Assembly (NCBI GenBank): GCA_964366295.1
Contig: CAYITH010000001.1
Span: 1-27,958, forward strand
Direction of reading: 5' to 3'
Length of the DNA stretch: 27,958 nucleotides
From: Candidatus Woesearchaeota archaeon
Lineage (GTDB): Archaea; Nanobdellota; Nanobdellia; Pacearchaeales; GW2011-AR1
Part shown: positions 7,111 to 15,513 of the stretch, piece after piece
How the letters are laid out: each line of letters begins with the position of its first letter
How positions within the stretch are numbered: the stretch's first letter is position 1
Position numbers and translations under genes: made by a program
Notes under the pieces: model-generated
Database searches by the model: none
Told to the model about the DNA's origin: nothing
What the model saw: the letters and a program-made list of their open reading frames with translations, nothing else

Positions 7111-9495
7111 TCATTCAATTCTATGACACGCATTCAGGTCTTTTTCAAATGGCTTTAAGTCGGCGGGAATCTTAATGTTTTTGATAGGAGAGTTAAGGGA
7201 AATTCCCCTGTCTTTTTTTATTTTCCAAATCTCACTATTGAAATCCATAAGCTTGTCGATAATAGTTAAGTCTGTTTTTTTAGTTTTTGCTTCTGGAAAT
7301 TCAGCAGATAGCAGGTCTATGCCTATCTCTTTGGCGATTGTGCTGGATAACTGCGGAATTATAGGATATATTAAAGCGAGAAATCTTTCAAGCAAAAAAT
7401 GAATAGTGTATTTTGCTGAATCTGACTCTTCTTTTGTAAAAAGATTGTCTTTGTTGTAGGCACGGCTTTTTACCATTTCAATATAATGAGATGCAAAATT
7501 TTCCCAAAGAAAACGCCTTAATTTTTGCGACGGGTGATGGAAGTCATAGTTTTCGTAGCAATTATCTGTTTCTTTAGTGAGACTCTCAATATAACTTATA
7601 AATAGCTTATCTAAATCTGTGGATGTTATCTTGTTTTTTGGCTTGCCAAACTGCATTATAAAACGAGCAACATTGAGAAGCTTGTTTAGTGTTTTTAACT
7701 CAGATGAAATTTTTTCTTTTGAACATGGCAGGTCTTGCTTTGATAGGTCGCCTTCTGTTGCAGCCCAGAGGCGTATGGCTTCTGCGCCATAATTGCGAAG
7801 AAGTTCCTGCGGGTTTATAATATTTCCGATGGACTTTGACATTTTTTTCCCGGTAGCATCAACAATATGCTGATGAATCCAAACATCCCTGAAAGAGGGT
7901 TTCTTTGTCTCAAGAAAACCGCGAAGCAAGGTGTAGTACAACCATGTGCGGACAATCTCTTTTCCCTGCGGTCTTAAGGAAGCAGGGAATGATTTTTTGA
8001 AAAAGTCATTGTTGCTCTTGTATTTTAAAATATACAACTCGGAGATGGAAGAGTCCATCCAAGTGTCAAAAACGCGCTCTTCGCCCGTCCATTTTGCGTT
8101 TTTAAAATCTGATAACTTGCCTATGAGTTTTCCATTTTTGAAGACTTCTGAGTTTTTTGGCGGAGACTCTTTCCATGGTTCATAATAAATGCCTGCTGGC
8201 GGAAGGGCTATTAAATCTCCGGAATGCCACAGAGGAATGGGAGTTGCATAATAGCGCCTGCGAGAGATTGGCCAGTCAATGCTTATTGAATCAAGCCAAG
8301 AGAGAAGAATTTTTTTTGAGTCTTCTGGGAAAAAATTTATCTTGTCAGCTATATTTCTTATTTCATCTTTAAACTCCATCTGTTTTAAATAAAATTCAGG
8401 CATTTCTATGAACTCTATCTCTGCTCCAGAACGCTCTGAAACAGGAGTCTTGTGAACAATATTTGATTGCTTGACTAATAAACTTTTTTCTTTCAGCTCA
8501 TCAATTATTTTAGAGCGAGCTTCTTTAACAGACAAACCAGACAGAAATCCTGCATTTTCATTCAGCTTGCCGTCGCGATTTATTGCTATTAGGGGGGTTA
8601 ATTTTTGTTCGCGGAAAAATTGTATGTCACTTAAGTCGCCGGCAGAACACATCATAACAAGCCCTGTGCCTTTGTCAACTTGGGCAAGAGGGTGGGGCTT
8701 TATTGGCACTGATTTGTTAAACAACGGCGAGACTGCTGTTTTTCCATTAAGGTGAGAGTAGCGAGAGTCTGCAGGATTATAGATAACCATGCCGCAAGTG
8801 CAAATTAACTCTGGACGGGTTGTGCCTATTACTATCTTTTCGCCTGTTTCTTTTATTCTCCATACGATATCATTAAAAGTTGAAGGCAAATCCTTGTAGT
8901 CTATTTCAGAATCTGCTATTGTTGTCTGGAGCTTTGTGTCCCAGTTTGTAATGCGTGTTGCTTCATAGACTAGCCCTTTTTTGAAAAGCGAAATAAATGT
9001 TGATTGTGTGAGGGTGCGGTATTCCGGAGAGTCTGTCAGATAAACTGCACCAATATGCTCTCCCTGCTTGTAGGAAGTGAATGAAATTCCAAGTTTCTTG
9101 AAAGTGTCTGCAGTCTCGTCAGAACTTTCGTCCACTAATTTTTTGCATAACGCTATAAACTTTTCCCTGCCTATCTTAAATGGTGAGGTGTTGAATTTTT
9201 TTTCTGCGGCAAGCTCTATTGGAAGTCCGTTCCTGTCAAGGCCAAGAGGAAAAATAACTGAAAAGCCCCTTGCTCTTTTGTATCTGGCAAAAAAGTCCAT
9301 ATAGCAGTAGGTAACTGCCTGCCCTATATGTATCGGAGAGTTGACATATGGCGGAGGGGTATCAATTGAATAAATTTTATCTGATTTTTTATCTTTAAAT
9401 CTGAACATTTCTGAGTCTTTCCATTCGTCGGTTATTCTAGATTCTGTGTCAACAGACCATGATTTCAGGTCTTTTAATTTTGGCAAATCCATCAT
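7111..9495 (-). CDS. valS: Valine--tRNA ligase (archaeal-type, no C-terminal coiled coil)
   Basis: YSIDTPPPY..HIGQ (HIGH), GTTRPEL, GTGLVMMCSAGD, WPISRRRYYATPIP, FDTWMDSS, RPQGKEIVRTW and KMSKS. Confidence 0.95.
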   Translation of the reverse strand: MMDLPKLKDLKSWSVDTESRITDEWKDSEMFRFKDKKSDKIYSIDTPPPYVNSPIHIGQAVTYCYMDFFARYKRARGFSVIFPLGLDRNGLPIELAAEKKFNTSPFKIGREKFIALCKKLVDESSDETADTFKKLGISFTSYKQGEHIGAVYLTDSPEYRTLTQSTFISLFKKGLVYEATRITNWDTKLQTTIADSEIDYKDLPSTFNDIVWRIKETGEKIVIGTTRPELICTCGMVIYNPADSRYSHLNGKTAVSPLFNKSVPIKPHPLAQVDKGTGLVMMCSAGDLSDIQFFREQKLTPLIAINRDGKLNENAGFLSGLSVKEARSKIIDELKEKSLLVKQSNIVHKTPVSERSGAEIEFIEMPEFYLKQMEFKDEIRNIADKINFFPEDSKKILLSWLDSISIDWPISRRRYYATPIPLWHSGDLIALPPAGIYYEPWKESPPKNSEVFKNGKLIGKLSDFKNAKWTGEERVFDTWMDSSISELYILKYKSNNDFFKKSFPASLRPQGKEIVRTWLYYTLLRGFLETKKPSFRDVWIHQHIVDATGKKMSKSIGNIINPQELLRNYGAEAIRLWAATEGDLSKQDLPCSKEKISSELKTLNKLLNVARFIMQFGKPKNKITSTDLDKLFISYIESLTKETDNCYENYDFHHPSQKLRRFLWENFASHYIEMVKSRAYNKDNLFTKEESDSAKYTIHFLLERFLALIYPIIPQLSSTIAKEIGIDLLSAEFPEAKTKKTDLTIIDKLMDFNSEIWKIKKDRGISLNSPIKNIKIPADLKPFEKDLNACHRIE

Positions 9496-9528
9496 ATTGA
9501 AAGATAAAAATAGGTTAAAAATGTTCGC

Positions 9529-10182
9529 TTAATAGAAATAATCAGCTAGACAGCATAATCTGCGCGGATGCCTTAACTTGCAAATTGCTTTCTGTTCAAT
9601 GTTGTAAATTGTTTGCTTTGTCGTGTGATATCTTTTAGCAATCTCTTCAAGAGTATGCTCCATATTATCTATTCCAAATCTCAACCTGATTATTTCTGCT
9701 TCTTGGCTTGGAATAGTTTTAAGTAATTTTCTCAATCTTTCCCGCATAGAATTGTAAATTGCCTGTTCATAAGGAGATGGTTGGGTAGACTGCGGTTCAG
9801 AATATTGGATTTCTTCGCGCTCTTTTTTAATACATTCCGCATATTCATCTCTAGCATTGCATTGTAGGGAAATAAATTTTGGCATTGGCGGAGTACATGA
9901 ATTATTCTTTCTTTCGCGCTCTATGTCTATTGTAGTCTTGCGAAGCTGGTTTGGAAATATCTTTGCGACTTTTTGACAAAGCGCTTTGCATATTATTGTT
10001 GCGGTTTTCTTTGGGGGAAATGCTCTGCATCTTTCATAAGAATGAAACGTTATCGAATTTATACCGGTTATTTCTTCAAGTTCTTTAATAGTATAACCAT
10101 TTTTTAAACGCGCTTCTCTAAGAGGATAGTTGAGGTAATTATCTTTTAAATCCCGCCGAAATTTGCATAATAAAGGTTCCAC
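9529..10182 (-). CDS. Fusion of an XRE-family HTH and a sigma70 region 3.2/4-like domain
   Basis: N-terminal LREARLKNGYTIKELEEITGINSITFHSYER (XRE HTH). C-terminal PSQEAEIIRLRFGI..EHTLEEIAKRYHTTKQTIYNIEQKAICKLRHP aligns by eye with RpoD region 4. Start is GTG and uncertain. Confidence 0.8.
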   Translation of the reverse strand: MEPLLCKFRRDLKDNYLNYPLREARLKNGYTIKELEEITGINSITFHSYERCRAFPPKKTATIICKALCQKVAKIFPNQLRKTTIDIERERKNNSCTPPMPKFISLQCNARDEYAECIKKEREEIQYSEPQSTQPSPYEQAIYNSMRERLRKLLKTIPSQEAEIIRLRFGIDNMEHTLEEIAKRYHTTKQTIYNIEQKAICKLRHPRRLCCLADYFY

Positions 10183-10267
10183 AAACCATGATGAAAACTT
10201 GACTTTAAAAAAATGTATATACTGCAGAATAAATTATTTTAGATGAAAACGAGAGTGTATAATACTC

Positions 10268-10291
10268 ATAATAGGGATTTAGTCCTATTAT
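10268..10291. promoter_or_regulatory. 8-bp inverted repeat in a divergent intergenic region, possible operator
   Basis: ATAATAGG-N8-CCTATTAT between the divergent XRE-sigma4 gene and the 210-aa gene. Confidence 0.3.
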
Positions 10292-10382
10292 CTTAGAGTT
10301 AAATAAAACCCATAGAAATGGTAATAATTAGTAAGTAGTAACGAACCAAAAGGTTTATAAAGGTTAATTCGTCTTATTTACT

Positions 10383-11015
10383 ATGGAAAACATAAAAAGA
10401 TTATTTTATGATGTAGATGAAGCAGGACAATTTTTATATTCTGCAATATCTGGAATAACTAAAGGAAGAGCAGATTGCGATGTAAAATCTATCTTTTTAG
10501 ATGGCGGAGCATACAAATGGATGAAATCCCAAAATCCTTTCCCAGTTCCTTTTTTTATGAAGATAATCAATTTAGAAGCAGAAGACCAAGAAAGGGTTCT
10601 TTCAAGATTACCAAAAATTTTGCAAGAGGATCCCGAAAGAATAAGATATTATCTTAAGACTTTAATTCCATTTTTTAGATTCTCTGATTCTAAAAGATAT
10701 AACATTGTAACCGAAAAAGGATTGATGACCCAGCCCATAAATCAAATAATAACGCCTGCACAAATGGAATTGGATTCTATTGCTGGCTGGTATAATCAAG
10801 ATATACAGGAATTAGTAGATATGGATACTTATATGGCTGTCAAATTAGGAAATCATAGGAGATTTTTTCAAAGGTTCTGTCCATTCGTATTTGAAAAATT
10901 TCCCGGTTATGCACCCCTAGATAATTCTCAAAAATCACTTATTAAAAGATTTGCAGAAGGCATAATAGATTCCAACCCTATTAGTTCTAAAGAATTAACT
11001 GACTTAGTTAAATAA
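10383..11015 (+). CDS. Hypothetical protein (210 aa)
   Basis: Long AT-rich ORF preceded by AAAGGTTTATAA about 25 nt upstream. No family recognised. Confidence 0.75.
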   Translation: MENIKRLFYDVDEAGQFLYSAISGITKGRADCDVKSIFLDGGAYKWMKSQNPFPVPFFMKIINLEAEDQERVLSRLPKILQEDPERIRYYLKTLIPFFRFSDSKRYNIVTEKGLMTQPINQIITPAQMELDSIAGWYNQDIQELVDMDTYMAVKLGNHRRFFQRFCPFVFEKFPGYAPLDNSQKSLIKRFAEGIIDSNPISSKELTDLVK

Positions 11016-11093
11016 TAATGCCTTTATTATAGACTTATTTTTCAATAAAACATTTATAGAAAGCTTAATTAACATACCTGCGTTATCAATTAA

Positions 11094-11711
11094 ATGGACG
11101 CAAAAAAAGCAGTTGAACAGCTGAAATATCTTGAAAAGCTTGCTCCGAAAAATATGCGGCTGGCGGCAGAGTGGAACGAGAGATGGAAGATACTAATTTC
11201 TACAATAATGTCGTCGCAGTCGCGAGATGAGACTACAATAAAAATTGCGGAAGAGCTTTTCAAGAATTATAATGGATTAAACGAACTGGCTAATGCAAAA
11301 TATGAGAAAGTGTTAAAAATTTTGAAAAGCTTAAATTATAATAAAACCAAGGCAAGGCACATAATAGAAACTGCTGGAATATTAATTGAAAAATATGGCA
11401 AGAAAATTCCTGAAAATATCAAAGAACTGCTTGAACTGCCGGGTGTTGGAAGAAAGGTTGCTAATGTGTATCTTGTCGAGGCTTGCAACGCTGAAGCAAT
11501 TGGTGTTGACACGCATGTTGCAAGAATTTCGAGAAAACTTGGCTGGGCGAAAAGCAAAAACCCACATAAGATAGAAAAAGAACTGCAGGCGCTTTTTCCC
11601 AGAAGATACTGGAATTCTATAAATTACATTCTTGTGAGGTTTGGAAGAAGCGTCGATAGAAAAGAGGAAGATGAAGTCATTATGAAGATGAAACGAAAAA
11701 TATATAAATAA
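11094..11711 (+). CDS. nth: Endonuclease III-like HhH-GPD glycosylase lacking the C-terminal [4Fe-4S] motif
   Basis: LISTIMSSQSRD, helix-hairpin-helix LPGVGRKVAN with catalytic Lys, and VDTHVARI with catalytic Asp. Ends FGRSVDRKEEDE with no Cys cluster. Confidence 0.88.
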   Translation: MDAKKAVEQLKYLEKLAPKNMRLAAEWNERWKILISTIMSSQSRDETTIKIAEELFKNYNGLNELANAKYEKVLKILKSLNYNKTKARHIIETAGILIEKYGKKIPENIKELLELPGVGRKVANVYLVEACNAEAIGVDTHVARISRKLGWAKSKNPHKIEKELQALFPRRYWNSINYILVRFGRSVDRKEEDEVIMKMKRKIYK

Positions 11712-11800
11712 AAGCATAATATTGATTTTGTGAAAGAAGGAAATAAAAAAGCATAAAATGTATATGTTTGTTCTGAAAAGCTTAATATAACAAGACAAAG

Positions 11801-12097
11801 ATGCGCTATAATTTATTATATTTAGAAGAAACTGATTTAGAAATTCGGTTATCAATGCAGGGAGTAATGAGAGATCTTGGAATGGTTTCGAAAGTAGTCG
11901 AGATACCTATAGTTTTATATGAAGGCCGTATTCCGGCTGTTAATAAAGGAGCCATGAAAAGCTTGGAAGGAAGAGGACATATTGAAGTCAGGCCTGTTCA
12001 TAGAAACGGAACTATTTACATAGGATGTTATTTAACTAAACAAGGGGAAGAATATCTCTCCAAAAAAGAGAGAAAGTTACGGAAAGCTGTTAAGTAA
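11801..12097 (+). CDS. Small hypothetical protein, possible winged-helix fold
   Basis: MKSLEGRGHIEV...YLTKQGEEYL resembles the recognition helix/wing 'L..G.I....LT..G...L' pattern. Confidence 0.5.
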   Translation: MRYNLLYLEETDLEIRLSMQGVMRDLGMVSKVVEIPIVLYEGRIPAVNKGAMKSLEGRGHIEVRPVHRNGTIYIGCYLTKQGEEYLSKKERKLRKAVK

Positions 12098-12216
12098 ACC
12101 CTAAAACTTAACATAAAGATTAGCAGGATAATCCTTAATTCCTAAATTTTTTCTCTCCTCATTAAACCATCTAACCAAAGCATAAGCTTTTTAACTGCGT
12201 TTTTTCTCATATAGAT

Positions 12217-12372
12217 ATGGCGAAAGACAATAAAATAAATATTCCTGGAATGGGCGGGCTTGTGCGGTATGATGAGGAGCAGGATACAAGATTTCACCTT
12301 AAACCCGAGCATGTTGTTGTGCTTGTTATCGCAATAATACTTTTCTCTATCTCGTTGAGGATATTCTTCTGA
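12217..12372 (+). CDS. secG: Preprotein translocase subunit Sec61-beta (SecG), 51 aa; absent from the ORF track
   Basis: Translated by hand: MAKDNKINIPGMGGLVRYDEEQDTRFHLKPEHVVVLVIAIILFSISLRIFF. The GLVRY.EE...LKPE motif plus one C-terminal TM helix is typical, and it lies 7 nt upstream of nac. Confidence 0.9.
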   Translation: MAKDNKINIPGMGGLVRYDEEQDTRFHLKPEHVVVLVIAIILFSISLRIFF

Positions 12373-12379
12373 GGCAAAA

Positions 12380-12703
12380 ATGTTTCCAAATATAGACCCA
12401 AGAAAAATGCAGTCAATGCTTAAACAGCTTGGAATGCAGCAGGATGAAATAGAGGCAACACGCGTAATAATAGAACAAGCAGACAAGAAGATAATAATTG
12501 AAAACCCGAGTGTTGCAAGGATAAAAATGCAGGGACAGGAGAGCTGGCAGATAAGCGGAAATGCGAGGGAAGAAGAGAGCAATAATGAAGGAGATATCAA
12601 GACTGTAATGGAAAAAACAGGCAAGAGCAGAGAAGAAGCGGAAAAAGCTCTTAAGGAATCAAATGGTGATTTGGCAGAAGCAATATTGGGATTGAGCAGT
12701 TAA
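12380..12703 (+). CDS. nac: Nascent polypeptide-associated complex protein
   Basis: IDPRKMQSMLKQLGM, A.RVIIE, C-terminal UBA-like DIKTVMEKTG.SREEAEKALKESNGDLAEAILGL. Confidence 0.93.
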   Translation: MFPNIDPRKMQSMLKQLGMQQDEIEATRVIIEQADKKIIIENPSVARIKMQGQESWQISGNAREEESNNEGDIKTVMEKTGKSREEAEKALKESNGDLAEAILGLSS

Positions 12704-12713
12704 TTATTTTTAT

Positions 12714-12857
12714 TTTCAAATTGGTTTAATACCCTGCGGTCTTGCCGCAGTCAATTTGAAAAGACTAAAATTGCCGGTCGCTGAAAGCGAAAAAATTTGC
12801 GATGAATACCCTATGCTCTTGGCATAGGGATAGCAAATTTTTAGGCAATTTTTTTAT
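12714..12857 (+). mobile_element. Non-autonomous palindromic element, copy 1 (IS200/IS605-like ends, PATE/MITE-like)
   Basis: Homologous to 16058-16198 and 27876-27958. Two AATACC-preceded hairpins with TCTTG loops, a GAA mini-hairpin, and TTTAT at 12709-12713 and 12853-12857. Confidence 0.75.
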
Positions 12858-12901
12858 GCATAATTCGTATGTTTTAAAAGGCTATAAAATACAGAAAGTA
12901 A

Positions 12902-13261
12902 ATGGCAAAAGTATTATTGGTTGAAGATACTCCTGAGTGCAGAATACTAGCGGTTGCTACTTTAACACACAAAGGTCATGAAGTTATTGAAGCTAAAGAC
13001 GGAAGTGAAGGATTGGAAGCTATTGCTCAAAATCCAAAAATTGCATTAGTGGATTATAATATGCCTGTAATGGACGGATATGAATTTACAAGAGCAGTGA
13101 GAACTGATGATAAATATGCATTACAAAGAGATACTGTTTTAATAGGAATTGGCGATTTTCCAGTGAATAAAAGAGAATTCCTTACAGATAGAAGATGCTT
13201 TGAAAAGCCATGGAGTCTTAAAGAGCTAATTGAAGCTGTTAATGAATATTGTTCTGTTTAA
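12902..13261 (+). CDS. Stand-alone response regulator receiver (CheY-like)
   Basis: VLLVED acidic pair, phosphoacceptor D51 in LVDYNMPVMDGYE, and KP at 102-103. Confidence 0.88.
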   Translation: MAKVLLVEDTPECRILAVATLTHKGHEVIEAKDGSEGLEAIAQNPKIALVDYNMPVMDGYEFTRAVRTDDKYALQRDTVLIGIGDFPVNKREFLTDRRCFEKPWSLKELIEAVNEYCSV

Positions 13262-13320
13262 AATCCTACTAACCGCTATAGCATATAAATGCTTATTAAG
13301 TTAGAGCTTGATTATTATTC

Positions 13321-13800
13321 ATGGAGAAGAAATTTGAGAACTATGTTATTTCATTGGCTAGAGCAGAAAAAGCGCTTCGTGTGGGAGAGCATATAAAGCA
13401 TGTAACTTTTCCTCTGCTGAAAGATACAAAACTTCTTCTTAAGATATTAACAGAGTCTTATCTCTCAATAATGCACGCTATAAATGCAATATTGCAATAT
13501 GAGTATGCTATGAAAAGAACCAGCATAACGAGCAATGCAAGGGATAACTTGATTATATTCAGAAATAAATGCGCTGGCAGATACGGAATAAGCGAAAAAG
13601 AGTTGGGAGAGCTGAGAGAGCTTATTTTTCTTGCTGAAATGCACAAAAAAAGCCCGCTTGAGTTTACAAAACACGGCAAAATTGTTATAATGAGCGACTC
13701 CAGCCAGGTTTATACAATTGATTATGAAAACATGGCTGATTTTTTGGAATTGGCGAAAGGAATGTATGAGAAGGCAAAAGAGGGGATTAAGAGATTATAG
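13321..13800 (+). CDS. Hypothetical protein (159 aa), mostly helical, possibly HEPN-like
   Basis: Clean ORF with an upstream TATA-like site. LARAEKAL...YLSIMHAINAIL loosely resembles HEPN N-terminal helices (weak). Confidence 0.7.
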   Translation: MEKKFENYVISLARAEKALRVGEHIKHVTFPLLKDTKLLLKILTESYLSIMHAINAILQYEYAMKRTSITSNARDNLIIFRNKCAGRYGISEKELGELRELIFLAEMHKKSPLEFTKHGKIVIMSDSSQVYTIDYENMADFLELAKGMYEKAKEGIKRL

Positions 13801-13833
13801 AAAACTTTTTAATTAGAAGACCTTTGTTAAAGT

Positions 13834-14964
13834 ATGCTTAAACAATGGGCTTTTGTCCTTGTATTTGTAGAATTTTTCATTGCTTTTGCGAGTCTTTCTT
13901 ATGCGCAAAATATCTCGGTAAGCTATGACTATTCAGCAATTGCAGGAGTGAATTTCAGCTTTTCTCTGGAGCTGGTTAATTTTTCAGCGGACACTTATGA
14001 TATTAAAATAGACATAACAAACAGCACCGGCAGCAGGATAAGCCGGATTTATGACAATGGAACATGGAAATCCACTAATTTTTATATTGTTAAGGCAATA
14101 AATCTAAGTGAAGCCAGCAGAGCAAATTTCAGCTTGAATACAACTGAAGATTATACCGGAGTGGCAAATATTACCATCAAGATTAGAAACAGCCAAAATA
14201 ATAATGATATGGAAACCTTTGTTGGATATTTCTTGAATGTGACTCCAAAAACAGAAACGCAAATCAATTCCTCGCAAAACAGCACAAACCAAAGCGCACA
14301 AAATAATACTGGAACCGCGCAAACTCCAGCCAGCTCTGGCAATACTACGCAAACAACAAGCGTTATTGAGGAAAGTGAAGGCATCAGCTTAAAGTTTCCG
14401 ACTAATGTCAGCGTTAGCGAGATTTTTAATGTGACTGTAAAAATGTTTAACTTGAAAAATAAGCCTTATGATTTAAAAGTTGAGTTGAGAATTGGCGAGA
14501 CACTTGTGTCGGAAGTTTACAACGAAAGAGACAAAGAGTGGCAGTCTTCTTTCTACTACCTGCAAAATTTCACAGAGTCAAATGGAAACCAGATGAGAAA
14601 TGTCAGTTTAAGGCTAAAAAACAATGTTGTGAAGTCTGACAGAGATGCTATCTTGAGCGTTAAATTGAGAAGAAGCGGAACACAAATTTCTTCAAAGAGC
14701 GAAGATATAAAGATAACATATGCCGATAAAACAGCGGGTGAAAAATACCTCAATGAGACAACGAATGAGACAATAACTAAAATTGAGGATAATAAAATCT
14801 ACCTAAACAAAAAAGAAGAGACACAAGGTATAAAAAGTACTCCATACAGAAGCTTTAAAGAGTTTGTAAGAGAATATGCAATTTATGGATTTGCCATACT
14901 TAGCATTTTTCTTATAATAATACTGAAAGATGAGCGAGAAAATACAGGCGAGAATAATAATTGA
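13834..14964 (+). CDS. Membrane-anchored surface glycoprotein with an internal domain duplication
   Basis: Signal peptide (…ASLSYA|Q), about 20 N-x-S/T sequons, an S/T/N/Q-rich linker and a C-terminal TM helix (YAIYGFAILSIFLIIIL). Confidence 0.8.
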   Translation: MLKQWAFVLVFVEFFIAFASLSYAQNISVSYDYSAIAGVNFSFSLELVNFSADTYDIKIDITNSTGSRISRIYDNGTWKSTNFYIVKAINLSEASRANFSLNTTEDYTGVANITIKIRNSQNNNDMETFVGYFLNVTPKTETQINSSQNSTNQSAQNNTGTAQTPASSGNTTQTTSVIEESEGISLKFPTNVSVSEIFNVTVKMFNLKNKPYDLKVELRIGETLVSEVYNERDKEWQSSFYYLQNFTESNGNQMRNVSLRLKNNVVKSDRDAILSVKLRRSGTQISSKSEDIKITYADKTAGEKYLNETTNETITKIEDNKIYLNKKEETQGIKSTPYRSFKEFVREYAIYGFAILSIFLIIILKDERENTGENNN

Positions 14965-15460
14965 AATGCTTGGAAAGCCAGCAGAGCACTTAATTGAAAC
15001 AATGAAGCAGTTAATTGAGCAGTTGGGAAAAGAGCCGAATACTGCTGTTGCGGAGTATAAAATAGCCGCTCCAAAACAACTGGAAAACTCAATGTTCAGT
15101 ATATTCGGCGAAGTAAGTCTTGAAGCAAACAGCGTCAACACATTATTTTCGCTTCTTTTCAGCTATATGCCCTCACATATCGAGATATTATCCCCTGCTG
15201 AAATTAAGATGACAAATTTTCAGTTCAATGAGATTGTCAATGAACTGCAAAGAAGACTGCATAAGTATGATGAAATTGCAAAGAGAGTTTATTTTGAGAA
15301 TACTATATTAAGAAGGCAGATGGAAGAAGCAGGTATAAAGCCAGCTGTTGAAGAAATGGTGCAGAGAGCGAAAAAGGGAGAAGCTGAAAAAGAGACAGAA
15401 GAGCAAGGAAGAAAAAAGAAGAAAGGCGGAAAAAAAGGAAAGAAAAAGAAAGCGGGGTAG
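14930..15460 (+). CDS. Hypothetical protein (176 aa) with a Lys-rich tail
   Basis: Overlaps the upstream gene by 35 nt with normal composition. No function recognised. Confidence 0.75.
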   Translation: MSEKIQARIIIEMLGKPAEHLIETMKQLIEQLGKEPNTAVAEYKIAAPKQLENSMFSIFGEVSLEANSVNTLFSLLFSYMPSHIEILSPAEIKMTNFQFNEIVNELQRRLHKYDEIAKRVYFENTILRRQMEEAGIKPAVEEMVQRAKKGEAEKETEEQGRKKKKGGKKGKKKKAG

Positions 15461-15513
15461 AGATGAAGAAGAATTATAGAAAGGTTTGTATATAGATATA
15501 TACCTATATGTAT

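Noticed and set aside
7111-9495. ValRS HIGQ motif and loss of CxxC zinc ligands (WDTKL, SERSG)
   Set aside because: HIGH-motif variation and Cys-free versions of these loops occur in functional ValRS enzymes, so this is not evidence of anything new.
10199-10263. Bacterial -35/-10 promoter near the sigma4-like gene (TTGACT, TATACT, TATAAT)
   Set aside because: TTGACT-TATACT spacing is 13 nt rather than about 17, and TATAAT has no matching -35. Such hexamers are expected by chance in AT-rich DNA.
12142-12624. 160-aa minus-strand ORF in the track
   Set aside because: Antisense shadow of secG (12217-12372) and nac, both of which have clear family motifs.
12799-12834. Possible K-turn or box C/D motif (GCGATGA...GATAGC) in the element
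   Set aside because: The partner strand lacks the CTGA/GA arrangement and differs between copies (GGATAGC vs AGTTAGC).
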